NCBI GenBank assembly: GCA_051362555.1
Contig: CM120647.1
Location: forward strand, 16,096,651-16,160,650
Direction of reading: 5' to 3'
Source of the DNA: Lingula anatina
Lineage: Eukaryota; Animalia; Brachiopoda
Length of the DNA stretch: 64,000 nucleotides
Positions 1 to 12,225 of the stretch are shown in pieces; positions within the stretch are counted from its first letter, which is position 1, and the number at the start of each line of letters is the position of its first letter. The position numbers and the translations under genes are program-made. The notes beneath the pieces were generated by a model, which saw only the letters and a list, made by a program, of their open reading frames with translations, did no database searches and was not told where the DNA came from.

Positions 1-110
1 TCATATAACAAATAATTCAATGCATCTTAAAATATCAGATCCCTTCCGAAAACGTTCCTGCCATTTAAAACATGATGAACTTATGGTACACACAAAGGCA
101 TCGGTGATAC

Positions 111-329
111 TCATAAGCTAGTAGTTTGAAGGTATGATCTGAGGAACCAACATTGCATGGAGTTCCCTCCAAGAAGTTGTCGCAGTTGGAACTCCAAGAC
201 GGCAACTCGTTTCTCGAGCTTTGTGTTGTCTTGGCCGCCAACTTCTGGAACATCGTCCTCACAATCGGCAGAGCTCCCATACAGTGCAAGGAGTGATGCG
301 GCAAACAGGATGGTTAATGGACCAGCCAT
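111..329 (-). CDS. Small secreted orphan protein (72 aa): signal peptide, acidic segment, short coiled-coil-like segment
   Basis: ORF MAGPLTILFAASLLALYGSSA-DCEDD... has a signal-peptide-like N-terminus. The ATG is in a CCATGG context immediately after a splice acceptor (ttttttcacttaag|, exon starts 331). A strong upstream donor (GAG|GTGAGT at 605/604) implies a non-coding first exon. It could be the first coding exon of a longer gene, but I see no strong donor before the stop. Confidence 0.6.
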   Translation of the reverse strand: MAGPLTILFAASLLALYGSSADCEDDVPEVGGQDNTKLEKRVAVLEFQLRQLLGGNSMQCWFLRSYLQTTSL

Positions 330-1539
330 GGCTTAAGTGAAAAAAGGTAAAATTAATTATATGTAAAGATTGTTATATATAAAGGGTATTAACACAGTTT
401 ATACACAACTTCGCACGTATCTGTATACACCTATTCCATCTGAAGTTCTCTATTACTGCTGATGATGGTATTAACTTCATTAGAGAAAACAATCTGAAAT
501 GCACGTTATCGTCAGGTCCCCATGAACGTAACTGAGCACGTTTCTACAAATCAAATAAAAATACTGTTCTTGAATTTCTCAACAGAAAAAAAATTGTTAC
601 TCACCTCCAAAGTAGTCAAATATATTTTAGGCAAATACAGAATTGACTCAACAAAGTCGCTTTGAGGGGAGAAGCTGAAGGCGAACCGCTCTAATGAAAA
701 GCTCTGATGAACTTTCGCTGATACTACTGAATCAAATCAGATAAACATGTAAATTGTCCTTGATCTAGAAATATTACTTTGAACAGGATACTGTAACAGG
801 ATGCCACACAAACCTGGCCCATCAACTGATTGTTTGAGTGAGATAATTATCATTCAACATTTGCTTAGAATTTGATTGCAGACTACAATCCCGGAGCTTC
901 AGCACCCTTCCGATGCACATAGGAATTCGATAATTATCGCACTATTATTACTGTTCTGGCAGTTGTCGATTTGTGAAACCTGTCAAGTTGGTGCTCTTTA
1001 AGTCTAACTACACAAGCAAAAGCATATTTTTATTTTAAAAAATGGACAAAATTCTACCAAATTTAAATGTTTATGTGTAGATCTAAACGGTTAGATTCAT
1101 CATTGTGTGATGCGCATTTTGATGCAAACTTGGTATTTGTACAGTTTGTATTCTGTCTGGTAAAGTAAAGTGCAAAATCGGAGTAGTGAAAGACGTCCGA
1201 ACGGAATGATAGACACTAAATAAATTAAAAAGAAGGTGTCCTTTTTAAAAAAATCCACGAGAGGACCAGGTATAGTCCACCCCCTCCATTAATATGACCC
1301 TGGCAATTTTAATGTTATACGGGTGATAAATAGATACACATTCATGTATTCATAGCGATGTTCCCTACGTTCAAACACCAGGCATATATACTGAGTATAA
1401 AACGGCACCATACAAAAAAATGTAAAAATAAGCCGAAGTGTACAACACACAACAATACAAGCCTAGTATCCATTTATTTTCTTTTATTCTGTTCTAATAT
1501 CATGAGGGATATGGAAGCGCGTGAGTAGCACAGGGCTTC

Positions 1540-2415
1540 TCAGCAGAGGCGGCAACTTTTCCTGCAGTTCTTGGCCATGTAACCTTGGTTCCTGGTGCAC
1601 TCACCAATCTCAGACCAATACTGGCAGTGGGTGCCCTGGTCTGCACAACTTCCTGTCTGAATGCCTAGAGAATAAGGAAAGAAAGAAAGGAATGAGCAAC
1701 AAAACATTAACATGATAATAATAATAATAATAACTTTTTTATATCCTAGGTATGCTAACGCGGGTGTAATTTATCCCCTCTCCAGCACCCCCTCCCCCCC
1801 CCCTCCCTTCCCCATGACACACCCGAACCTACCGCAACGGATTACATACTTGAACAAAGATTGCAGCTTTTCCTGCAGTTTTGCTGCATGTAAGCGGGAT
1901 TGCTGGCACACACGCCTGTCTCTGCCCAGTACTTGCAGTTTGTATGCGAATCTTCACAACTTTCAGTTTGAGTTCCTAATGAAAAGAAAACACTAATACA
2001 CTGAACAGAATGAACACATACATATTAACACGCACACACAAACATACACATAAAAGAAAAGAAAAAAAAATTCAAACCGTGTCACGAGAGAGTCCCTTGT
2101 GATTATATTCGCGGTCTGATTTCCACTTATTTGCACAGGCACAGTAAGCCTTGCCCTAGATATTGACCCATTTTCGTCACGCATACTCTAACCTGTGTGA
2201 ATCAAATGAAGTGCGGACTTCCTGTTACCCGGACCTTCAATTTCCTAACACCGGTGGCATAATACATGTACTGAAACTTACCTGCCGCGCAGAGGTCACA
2301 ACTTTTCTTGCAATGCTTTGCCATATAGACCTTGTTGGTAGAGCATTTTCCTATCACAGTCCAGTCAGTACAGTAAGCGTGCTTGTCTTTACAGTTTTCC
2401 AATATATCGACACCT

Positions 2416-2462
<47 letters not shown>

Positions 2463-5400
2463 AGTGTAATTAAGAAACATTTACAACAGCGCTATGTGCA
2501 GTATAAATACCAATTAAAGCTTATAATTTACATTTAATAATGACCGATGACCGACTCACGTTCTAAACTACAAGGCCTCGACCACGTGCCTCGGCATTAT
2601 GGTTTTTTATTCTTCCTTATTCGAGAAATGAAGTCATTATTCTCGCTGATTCGTGATTTCCAGCTCATTTTCCTGAATTCACAATGCGAAATTTAATTTC
2701 CTGTCCTGGGATAAGGTCCATTGCTGATAGATAAAAAAACGTATTCCATAAGCAAATACGATATAACTACTGGTAATGATAACATAAATTGGCCTAGGCC
2801 TACCAGTTGAGCACAAGTTACAACTCTTCCTGCAGTTCTGCTCCATATAGGCCTTGTTCCTGGAACAATCACCGTTCTGAGACCAGTCCTTGCAGTAAAC
2901 GTGACCATCTGCACAGTTCTCTGACGTACTGGTTCCTTGTTTTGTAAAAAAACTGCTTCATTTCTCTTTATTATATGAATTTCAACACAGCGTGATACAA
3001 CAAATTACAATACAAGTAAATACACTACATGGGCCTATATAACACTACAATATAATTATAATGTACAATTCTACTGCAGTGTGGCACAACACAGCACAAT
3101 ACATCACAATTTTAAGTACATACATCACATCACTGTACATCACGATTATAATATACCGCACAATAACATGTATAGGCCAACACAACACAACACAACACAA
3201 CACAACACACAACACAATACAATACATAATAACGTACAACACATTTCAATACGCATTACAATACATGATAGAACACAACACAAAACACAATGCAATACAC
3301 AATTTATCATGCTACAATACAATACACCACAGAATACAATGCACAATAAATCACAACACAATACACATACATACATTGCACAATGAAACACAACATAATA
3401 CACGTACACAATGAAACAACACATTACACAATGGAATACAATACAGTGCAGAACCATAGAATGACCCACCAGAAGAGCACAAGTTACAACTCTTCCTGCA
3501 ATTCTGTTCCATATAGGCCTTGTTGTAGGAACATTGGCCGTTCTGAGACCAGTCCTTGCAGTAAACGTGATTGTCAAAGCAACTTCCGGACCCCGTGCCA
3601 GACCCTGAGCCCGACCCCGTACCTGTGGCAGGACTGATAGCCGGTATGGTGACCGGGACGGTCGCGACGCAGTTCATCCGTAACTGCTGCGCATGCTCCT
3701 GTGCTAAGTTCAAATAAAAAAAATTCTTCAATACATCCATTGGCAATAAATGCCCGCTTTTGATATCATTGCTTATTTGTCAATAATTGCTGATCTTAAT
3801 TGTTTAAGAAATAAATGAATTAAGCTAAAGATAAATCTTAAAAGAACAACGAATCCTCACGCTCAAGCTTTCGGCATATGCGTCTTATTTGGGGCATGTT
3901 GAATAAATAAAAAGGAGTCCAGGTACACTAATTCGCCTCGGGGCACGACCCCTCTGCGGGAGCTACATGGCCCTTATTCTTATTCAATAATAAAGAAAAA
4001 GAAAAAGAAAAAAATGTCTAATAATGGCGGATACAGTTTTTTTAAAGAAATCATTATTTAAATGAAGAAACATAAACCTTTTTATCTGAGTGGATAATCC
4101 GATAATAGAATGTATATTCATTTATAAATCCATAGTTAAATAAACAAACAAACAAATAAATAAACAAACAAATAAATAAATAGATAAATAAATAAATAAA
4201 TAAATAAAATAATAAGCACACTTACATCGAAGAGTTTGACTATTGCCACATCTGTTGATATAGTGGTTATTACAGGGGAAGATCTCCTGGACTAGGGCAT
4301 AGGCAACAGGGTCGTAATTCTTCAGGTCGTCCTTGGTGCGGACAGGACCGTCCTTGTTCACAGAGGCTCTCTGTGTGTTGGCGTTGAAATAACTTTGCAC
4401 TGCCTTAGCCTTTAAAGGGTGAAATATGAATAAGTTTATGAATTACATATTTTGGGAAACAAATGCGCAAAATAAATAAATAAATAAATAATAATAAATA
4501 AATAAATAAAAGAAATAAAATAAAATAAAAGCTTAAGGAATGAAAAGGCTCAGAAAAAATTGTGTCGGTAAAACAATTGTTTGCGTAAATTGTTAGTCGG
4601 TTTTAGTACAATTGTTCAATAACAGCACAGGAAGACTACCCTTTCTGTTACTTGAGACCAAAGACTTTGTCGTAGAGAGGATAATACTTATTATAGTCAT
4701 TTATTCTTTATTTGCTGGATATATACACACCCAGTATTCAACCTCATTGGTGATGGAATACGTGTCAGTCCACAGGCCCCGTGAACGAGCGCTGGCATAC
4801 GCCCTTTTCAGGCGGCTTTTAAATCCGGGGATAGCAAAATGCACTCCAAGGGCCTGGAGCCCGTGCCCGTACTCGTGCAGAGCGACGTCATCGTTGGGGT
4901 CAAAGGTATCCGAGGAATAACAGAGAGCGTTCTCCTCGGCGCAAGTGGCCACAGGGGCTGACAACGAGGCTCCGAAACCACGTGCTATACTGTCCCAATA
5001 GGAATCCAAATACGCATGCTCCGGGATGCTTCGGGTGACTTCGTTCATCGCATACACGGCGAAACGGCCGAAATGTTTGTAGTAGGAAAGACGAATGTCT
5101 TGTCTGTCGGCAAGCAGGAATCTTACGACATAACACGCGCGTTTTAGTGCATTGTCAGGTACATGTACAGAACCTGAAAGAATATTTAAGACAAATTGTA
5201 CGGTAAGGTATGTACTTTGGATTCAAGAGTTAACTAAGACTTGTGCATTTTTATTTCCCCACAAAAAAAAAAAAAAAAAAAAAAAAAAAAGAAATAAACC
5301 GGAAAATAATTCTTAGTATCAGTGTAGACTCCTTTAATAAATTAAAGCCTCGTTTTTTTTATATTTTTTCTAAAAAGGTTTTTAATTATTCCATGTAATA

Positions 5401-6517
5401 CTTTTTTCGGCTCCGGAAATTTAGTTGATAGATGATAACATGTATATACAATGTACGTTTTATATATTAGATGTTTGTTATCAAAATTAAAAAAAAAACT
5501 CAACACACTTAGAAATAAAGTTTATCATAATCTAATTCTAAGAAAAAGCATTCCAATCCAATGTTAATGCACGGTGGTGCAAAGTTTTATTGAATTAAAG
5601 AATGTTACTGCGCTTTCCATACACAAATTCAATTATCTGTGGTTGGCATGAAACTATAAATATGCTGCTTCCACTAAAAGTGATCTGTTTCTGAAGCAAA
5701 AATTGTCACTTATTAGAACATTACCAGAATGTTTCAAAACCGTACCTAATATTGGTATCCCGTAGGCCTCAGTATATTTCTGATAGTATGCACTTATCCC
5801 GCTAGGGCCCATATTAGCAGCACTGCGGAGTTCCCCAGGGACAGCTCTTACGTTCCAACAGCTGTGAGACTTCGTGGGGGCGCCAGGTCTCTCGCTGGAC
5901 CGCGAATTTATCGTCCTCATAAACATGGCCGACGATGCAACTTGGTTAAGGAATTCGATAATATGTTTAGGTTGTTAAATCTATATTAAAACTGTATTTG
6001 GACAGGATTTTAATGCACGTGCATTGCGCTAACGAAAGATAAAATGCTAGTACAGGGGTAGAGTGGATTTTTACAACGTTGAGGAACAGAGGACCATGAT
6101 TGGAGCAATTCAAAGGGGAGTTAGGCATATAGAGATTTTCTCTAGACATATTTTTAGTAAACCTTGCGTCCATCTGCACGAGAGAAAGCGATTGTTACAT
6201 ATACTGGTTTAAACATATGTATTATTCTGTACGAGTATCTATCCACTTTTTCTCTTTTGGAATTGGCAAACATGTTAAATATTTCAAGTTGGCCACGGTT
6301 GCCGCTTAGATACCTAAGCTGGACACTTTCAAAGCCCCCCGAATAATATTTTTTAAGTTCCAAGGAAACAAAATGTTCACGATGGGACCCAGCAAGGGTG
6401 AGGGAATCAAGCTTGAAAAGCACAGGTGTGTTAACTAAACAATAGAGGGAGCCACATCGCACACTTACCGCCAAAGCACAACAGAGCGCATGTCACTGAT
6501 CGTAACAACAACCCCAT
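1540..6517 (-). CDS. Secreted HEXXH zinc metallopeptidase with five C-terminal ShK domains (~539 aa, 9 exons)
   Basis: Phase-consistent GT-AG exons: 6517-6469, 5940-5746, 5173-4731, 4409-4226, 3703-3470, 2935-2804, 2413-2282, 1975-1850, 1664-1540. Signal peptide MGLLLRSVTCALLCFGVASSA. Catalytic region YYQKYTEAYGIPILGS...IPEH...EENALCY...LHEYGH...GLWTDTY...EYWAK...YDP...IFPC, then a G/S linker and five 6-Cys ShK repeats ending C(R/K)KSCxLC. AATAAA signals on the minus strand at 1473-1488. Confidence 0.9.
2985..3450 (+). repeat. Degenerate (CACAA/TACAA)n simple repeat in the intron between ShK exons 1 and 2
   Basis: Direct inspection; it generates several spurious low-complexity ORFs. Confidence 0.9.
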
Positions 6518-8101
6518 ATTTCTTTCAGTGCGGTTTGCCTCGTAGAAGAACCTATGATAAATGTCAAGTACTAAAATGTTGAAACACGAATACCGACCAC
6601 AGTCTGTTTATCGCCACATTTGTAACCGCACCATGTGGTAGTTTTCTCATGCAGTGTTGATATGTTCCTTTATGGTCTGTTGATACCGAGTATGATCGTT
6701 TATTTAACCCCCGGCAGGCAAGGAGGTCACTCTTACCCCCAGCAGACATAAACCAGGGGTTACTTTTACTGTCTTGTTAATCGAAAACCTCAAACTTTAA
6801 AAAAATCTGTTTGCCGAACGTTCGTCATACGGGTACAATATTAAAATATCAAAACTGAAGTTAAAATATACCGTGTCGTAAGTGACTAAACGTTTTGACC
6901 TAGGAGTAGGCATAGCGTTTTTTTAAACGATTAATTATTTTTATAGCATTACACAACAGACGATGAGAAGTCAATTCACTATTTGATATACCTACCAAAA
7001 ATGATTTAAATGACAAACATTAGAAGTTGGCAGTCACTACTGTGGCTGCTTTTATCCCTTGTGTCGGTATTTTCAAGATTTGAATAGAATTAGTTTCAAA
7101 ATTATCCTTTGGTTTTTATACAGGAGGAGTTTTCGAATTATGGCTTTAGCGCTCAGATTGAGAATATGAAACATGACTTAAATTGTAAAAAGTCCAATTA
7201 ATTTATTTGATTAAAAAACGTGCACCAAGGCATAATCGGAATCATCACTATTAAACGTCACAATACCCAGAATTTCCAGTTTTTAAAAATGTTCTTTCGC
7301 TGGGAGTTGGGGGTGAGGGTGAGGAGGGGGTGGAAGACAGAGAAAGAGAGATCGAGGGGCCAACGATGACACTTCATCATCACCTGTCAGGCACGCGCGT
7401 TCTATCACGCTGTAAACTTACCCTATTAATGGCAACATTAGCACGCTAACAGCGCAAACAAATGTACATTTCTTCAACAAGACTTGTTAACGTGATCAGC
7501 CGGCGTCTGGGATATGTCTACTGGAGGTGGGCAGACAGTTAGGTAAGACGGCCATCAGGTTGATAAAGGTGAGTTTGACTAGCTTGTTAACAATTTGATT
7601 GATCTTTATTATGTCATAGACACAAATATACACCAGTCATTGCTGAAGTGTCGTTTTTCACTAGAACGTTAACACCCAAGATGGCCTCTAATTTGCCTGA
7701 TAGTTCAACTGGCAAGTGTTTAAATGATCGATCTCATGTATTTTACATATATGTATGAACACATGTATTTGTAAGTGTGAACAGACTGCCTTTTAAAATT
7801 AAATGCAAGCCAAAGAAATTAAAATAAATAAAGCTTTTGTATTATTGTTTTCAAGATGATTTTATTACTATTGCTTGAGATATCTTGACATATTTCGTTG
7901 CCCGCCTCTTTTTATTCTATCTTTAATCATTATCGAATATTTAAGTTGCAGAGAGACCGACACAATTAAATCAAGTCCAATTCAGGTGATTCCGAATATC
8001 ATTTTAATTCCTTCGTATTCATCCAAGAAGTCCACATTGATAAATATTAGTATATCAAACCATGCACTGCATCTCGTATTATTTTGTTCTTTGTTCAGAC
8101 T

Positions 8102-8697
8102 ATGATGCATTTGACAAAGGAGCAGGTTTTGCAGTGTACGTGCATATGCCTGCTTTGTCTCGCGTGTGCGCGTGCTCAGGTAACCCTGGCAACCACGCCT
8201 AAACACCCTGCAGAAGGTATGTGGATCACAAAATAAAACCACAGCATGTGAACCATCGCTAAGAATATACAGTCATTAATTACTTATCAAACAGCTGATA
8301 TGATTCAATCCGGAATGTTTCACATTTTAGTACGTCACACGCCAGGTTTCAGCTTTAAAATATATTTTTCTAAACCATCCCAGGCACTCAGTGTCTTTAC
8401 ATGTATTTCTTTATAACTAAATTTTAAATTCGCTCATCGCTGCTGATTAGGGCGTTTGAGGAAGCATGCAGTCTACCTAGGAAAGATGTATATTTAATTT
8501 TTTGCATTTATTCTAAGGGGTATGTGTATTTCGGATGTGGTTTCCTGTGGCCATTTCAGGGCAGTGTGAATGGAAGGGGTGGTCACCGTGCAGCGCCTCG
8601 TGCGGCGGGGGGATTCAGGCTCGGGAACTCGACGACTGCTGCCACCTCTGCGTGACGAGAGTGGAGGCTCGGTCCTGTAATCAGGAGATTTGTTCTG

Positions 8698-8748
<51 letters not shown>

Positions 8749-8863
8749 GAGAGAGAGAGAGAGAAATTGAGAGATAGAGCCTAGTACGGAGAGAGAGAGA
8801 GAGTCAGAAAGAGAGGGAAACTGAGAGAGAGAGAAAGAGACTGAAAGAGAGGGAGAAAGAGAA

Positions 8864-8908
<45 letters not shown>

Positions 8909-11379
8909 GGGTGAAAGAAGGGTATAAGTACTACAAACTCCCCTCGCTGTTAGTATCGTGTAGCAACATCCGACATATGTCAACTTGCCCCGTTGATCCA
9001 ATGATGCCTTCTTTGAAGAATAAAGGTATTATCATAAAACAAAATGTATAACCGTATATTAGTATATACAGGAATGCAGTTGCAACTGAATATACATTTT
9101 TACAGGCAATTAAACTATTATACTATTTAAATATATGCAAAATTTAAATTAACAAACCTGTTTTGAAAAAGGTACAGAGGAAGTCTGTTATGTGCTACTT
9201 ATATTTTATTTAACCCCAGCTCCAGTAATCTTAATAACCATCTTTACTGAAAAGTATTCTTATAAAACTTTTTATATCTATAACAAAAATCGATTATCTC
9301 ACATATCATTCCAGTAAGTGTCAATGGTTACTGGGGCGAGTGGTCTGGGTATGGCGACTGCAGCGCCACATGTGGTGGAGGAATTCAACTGAGAACGAGG
9401 TCATGTGACAGACCCTCCCCTACCGGTCAAGGTCGGCCGTGTCTGGGACAGTCCACGGAAATCCGGACATGTAATGAACATGGATGTCCAGGTAGGTGTT
9501 TTAATTAACTTTGGTTGTAATAACCTTGACCTTACTGAATTGCTCTCGATCAGTCTCAGTATGTACTGGTGAATTAATAATAATAATAATAATATATTTA
9601 GAAGACAACTATAACAATCTCAAAAATAGGTTTAACAAGTGATGAATAATTATTTAAAAGTTTTAAATAAAATAATAAAATATCTACTGGTTGTATAAAA
9701 TGCATTAGTAGTTAGAAAAAAAAACAAACAAAATATCAATAAAAAATTACAACCCTTTTTGAAAAGCATTTGTAGAACCATTAATTTGAAATGTATATAG
9801 GCTACACATTCTGTTCGTCGTTTATTTTCTCAAATAACCTGTACGTGACTCTCACTCGAAAATGGAAATGTGCCTTTCTACTGATAGGCCTATTTGACTT
9901 ACATAAAGTTTTATCGTTAGTGCATCTTGTTGCGCCTAATGTACATGTATAATCTGATGTCGTACATGAACGCTGTACTGTTACATGTACACGGTATAAT
10001 GCAAGTCAAAACAATTTTTTAGAAATAAGTGTTTTTAAATATTTGATTGCAATATATCAGCAAAGAGTCCGTGTAGTTCTTAAAATCGTCCAGAGAGTTT
10101 TCACATGCCTGGTTGTTGATTTCTCTGTTAACTGTTTTCCTTTAGTCAACGGAAATTGGAGCGAATGGTGTGAGTGCCCATCTAAGTGCAGCGTAACTTG
10201 TGGAGGGGGAGTGCGCACGCGTACTAGAGTGTGCAGTAATCCAGCGCCAGCCAATGGCGGGGCTGATTGCGTCGGACCTAGCCAATTAGAAGAAAGCTGT
10301 AATACACTTCCTTGTGGAGGTGAGTGGGATTTAAGTGACCGGACGTTTTTTACCCTTAATAAAATGGACAATGTGTAAACAGTAAGCATGAGCTCCAAGA
10401 CGGTCATAACGTTGAATCAAGTACGTTTAATGATATGATGATAGAAGTACTACATGTAGTAATTACCCCTGTAGTTAATGCCACGACAGTCTGACTGGAA
10501 TTCACCTTTGGGATAGCAGTATCTAACCTTCTGATATCAGGAGCCTTTAAATTATAGGCCGATACAATAATTTTGTAAGAGACTACCAGCGAACCCCGTG
10601 GCCAGAGAGTACCACTATCTTCATCTAGTAGTACATGCACGGTACATGTATTATATACAGAAAAATGTAAACTTTTAATGATATTGGAGCTGAATTTTTA
10701 AATTCGCAATAAAATTAAAACAAATGACCAACATCTCCGCGTTTGTCGTTACAGTGGACAGTCGCTGGTCACCATGGTCGAAGTGGTCAAGTTGTGACCG
10801 CGTGTCATGTACAACTGTACGTACGCGCACCTGTTTATCTCTGAACCCACAAAGCGGTCACTGTTTCGGACAGGCGTATGAAAAGCTGCCATGTGCTGCA
10901 TCATGCTGTTTCGGTAAATTTCCTCAGTTTTCATTGTTATTTTATTTTATTTTTTATATGTATTTCTTCATTTCTTTTCCTTCTTTCTTTCCTGTTCTAT
11001 TTGTTGGTTTCTTTGTTTACTCATTTATATCTTTTCTTAGCTTAAATAAAACTAAACGTGCCATTATTACATCCCCTTTTATTTTTTATGATAATTTTTC
11101 GAACGTCTTCCAATTTATGCCGTATCTGGATCTCAATTAGACTAAATGCATTATTCTACGTTAAACATTTATCACTGGTCAACACCGCACGATTCAGATC
11201 TTTATGTTTTGTGTATTCTATGCACTCGCGATAAATTCTAGTTAGCTGTTAGCTATTATTACCATACTGTAACGTTTTACTGCCAGTCCTCACCTTATTC
11301 AGAACCCGTGCTCGTTTCTTTCCCAGGAACGTATCGTCTTGGATACTCCGCCTCACCTCAAGCGCAGTGCCACCTATAA
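8102..11379 (+). CDS. Secreted protein with four thrombospondin type-1 (TSP1) repeats (~271 aa, 6 coding exons)
   Basis: Phase-1 exons 8102-8216 (signal-like MMHLTKEQVLQCTCICLLCLACARAQ), 8560-8697, 9315-9491, 10146-10319, 10755-10913, 11327-11379 (stop TAA). WxxW...CSxxCGGG...R.R.C motifs. Probable non-coding first exon ends at donor 7542 or 7568. Confidence 0.85.
8703..8901 (+). repeat. Interrupted (GA)n microsatellite
   Basis: Direct inspection. Other microsatellites: (AAT)n 2418-2460, (CA)n 12189-12222 and 25594-25635, (GA)n 38945-38988, (TG)n ~42118-42145. Confidence 0.95.
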
Positions 11380-12187
11380 TTCTGAAGGGCTGTGACTGTA
11401 GGAGGGAAATGCCCATTACCATGTTAAACGTTCGCCATTTACAAGTTTATTTAGATCAATGAAATACTTAATATCACATACGAAAGAGCTTAGAATTTCA
11501 AAGACTTGCCGTCTAAACACATAAAGCAATGGGACTCATCATAAAGATAATGTATGTTGGGAGTGTGCCAGTAAAATCTTACATCATTTTTGTGTACTGC
11601 ATTTACTTTGTTTTTGTCACATTCACAAGCGATGAAGTAAATATATTTCTCAGCCTGGGTATTTAAATTGATGTACATGTAGTAAAAAGCAAAGGACTTA
11701 CAGAAGAGGGGGTAGCTTAAGCCCGCGGTAACCTGTGATCGACCAAATGTCATCCATCGTTTACTGTAAAAGTGATATCTTTTTCACATTGGACTCTGCG
11801 GATCACTTTAAAGTCGCGATACGGTATTTTCACCGATGGTTAAGCGAGATATTATTTGCTGTGGCAAGTAATGATTGATTTTAATTCTTGTGATGCTCTG
11901 GTTGGACCCCACCGCCATCCTTTCTCTCAGACAAACCCAAACGAACATTGAATAGCACTGCAACATACCGCAGTCAGCTGGCTTTAATTGTTTTAACATA
12001 TCACTCCGTAACAGTGTCAGAGGATGGAATGGTGCAATGTGTTTACGGTACCGATATGTTGATAAGAAAGTCATGTCGACGGTCAAAATTGCTCTAAGAA
12101 AAAATGTATGTAGTAACAATAGAGATTATATAATATTGTATAATATTTATCTGATGTGAAATTAAAACTTTGAAAGATTATTTTCTC

Positions 12188-12225
<38 letters not shown>

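Noticed and set aside
3045-3577. Overlapping ORFs rich in His/Asn/Thr or Cys/Val/Leu
   Set aside because: They are translations of the (CACAA)n intronic repeat.
3860-3975. Possible Penelope-type hammerhead (minus strand ...GACGCATATGCCGAAAGC) or HDV-like ribozyme
   Set aside because: The CTGANGA core reads CAAATAA and the required pairings could not be built; at most a dead remnant.
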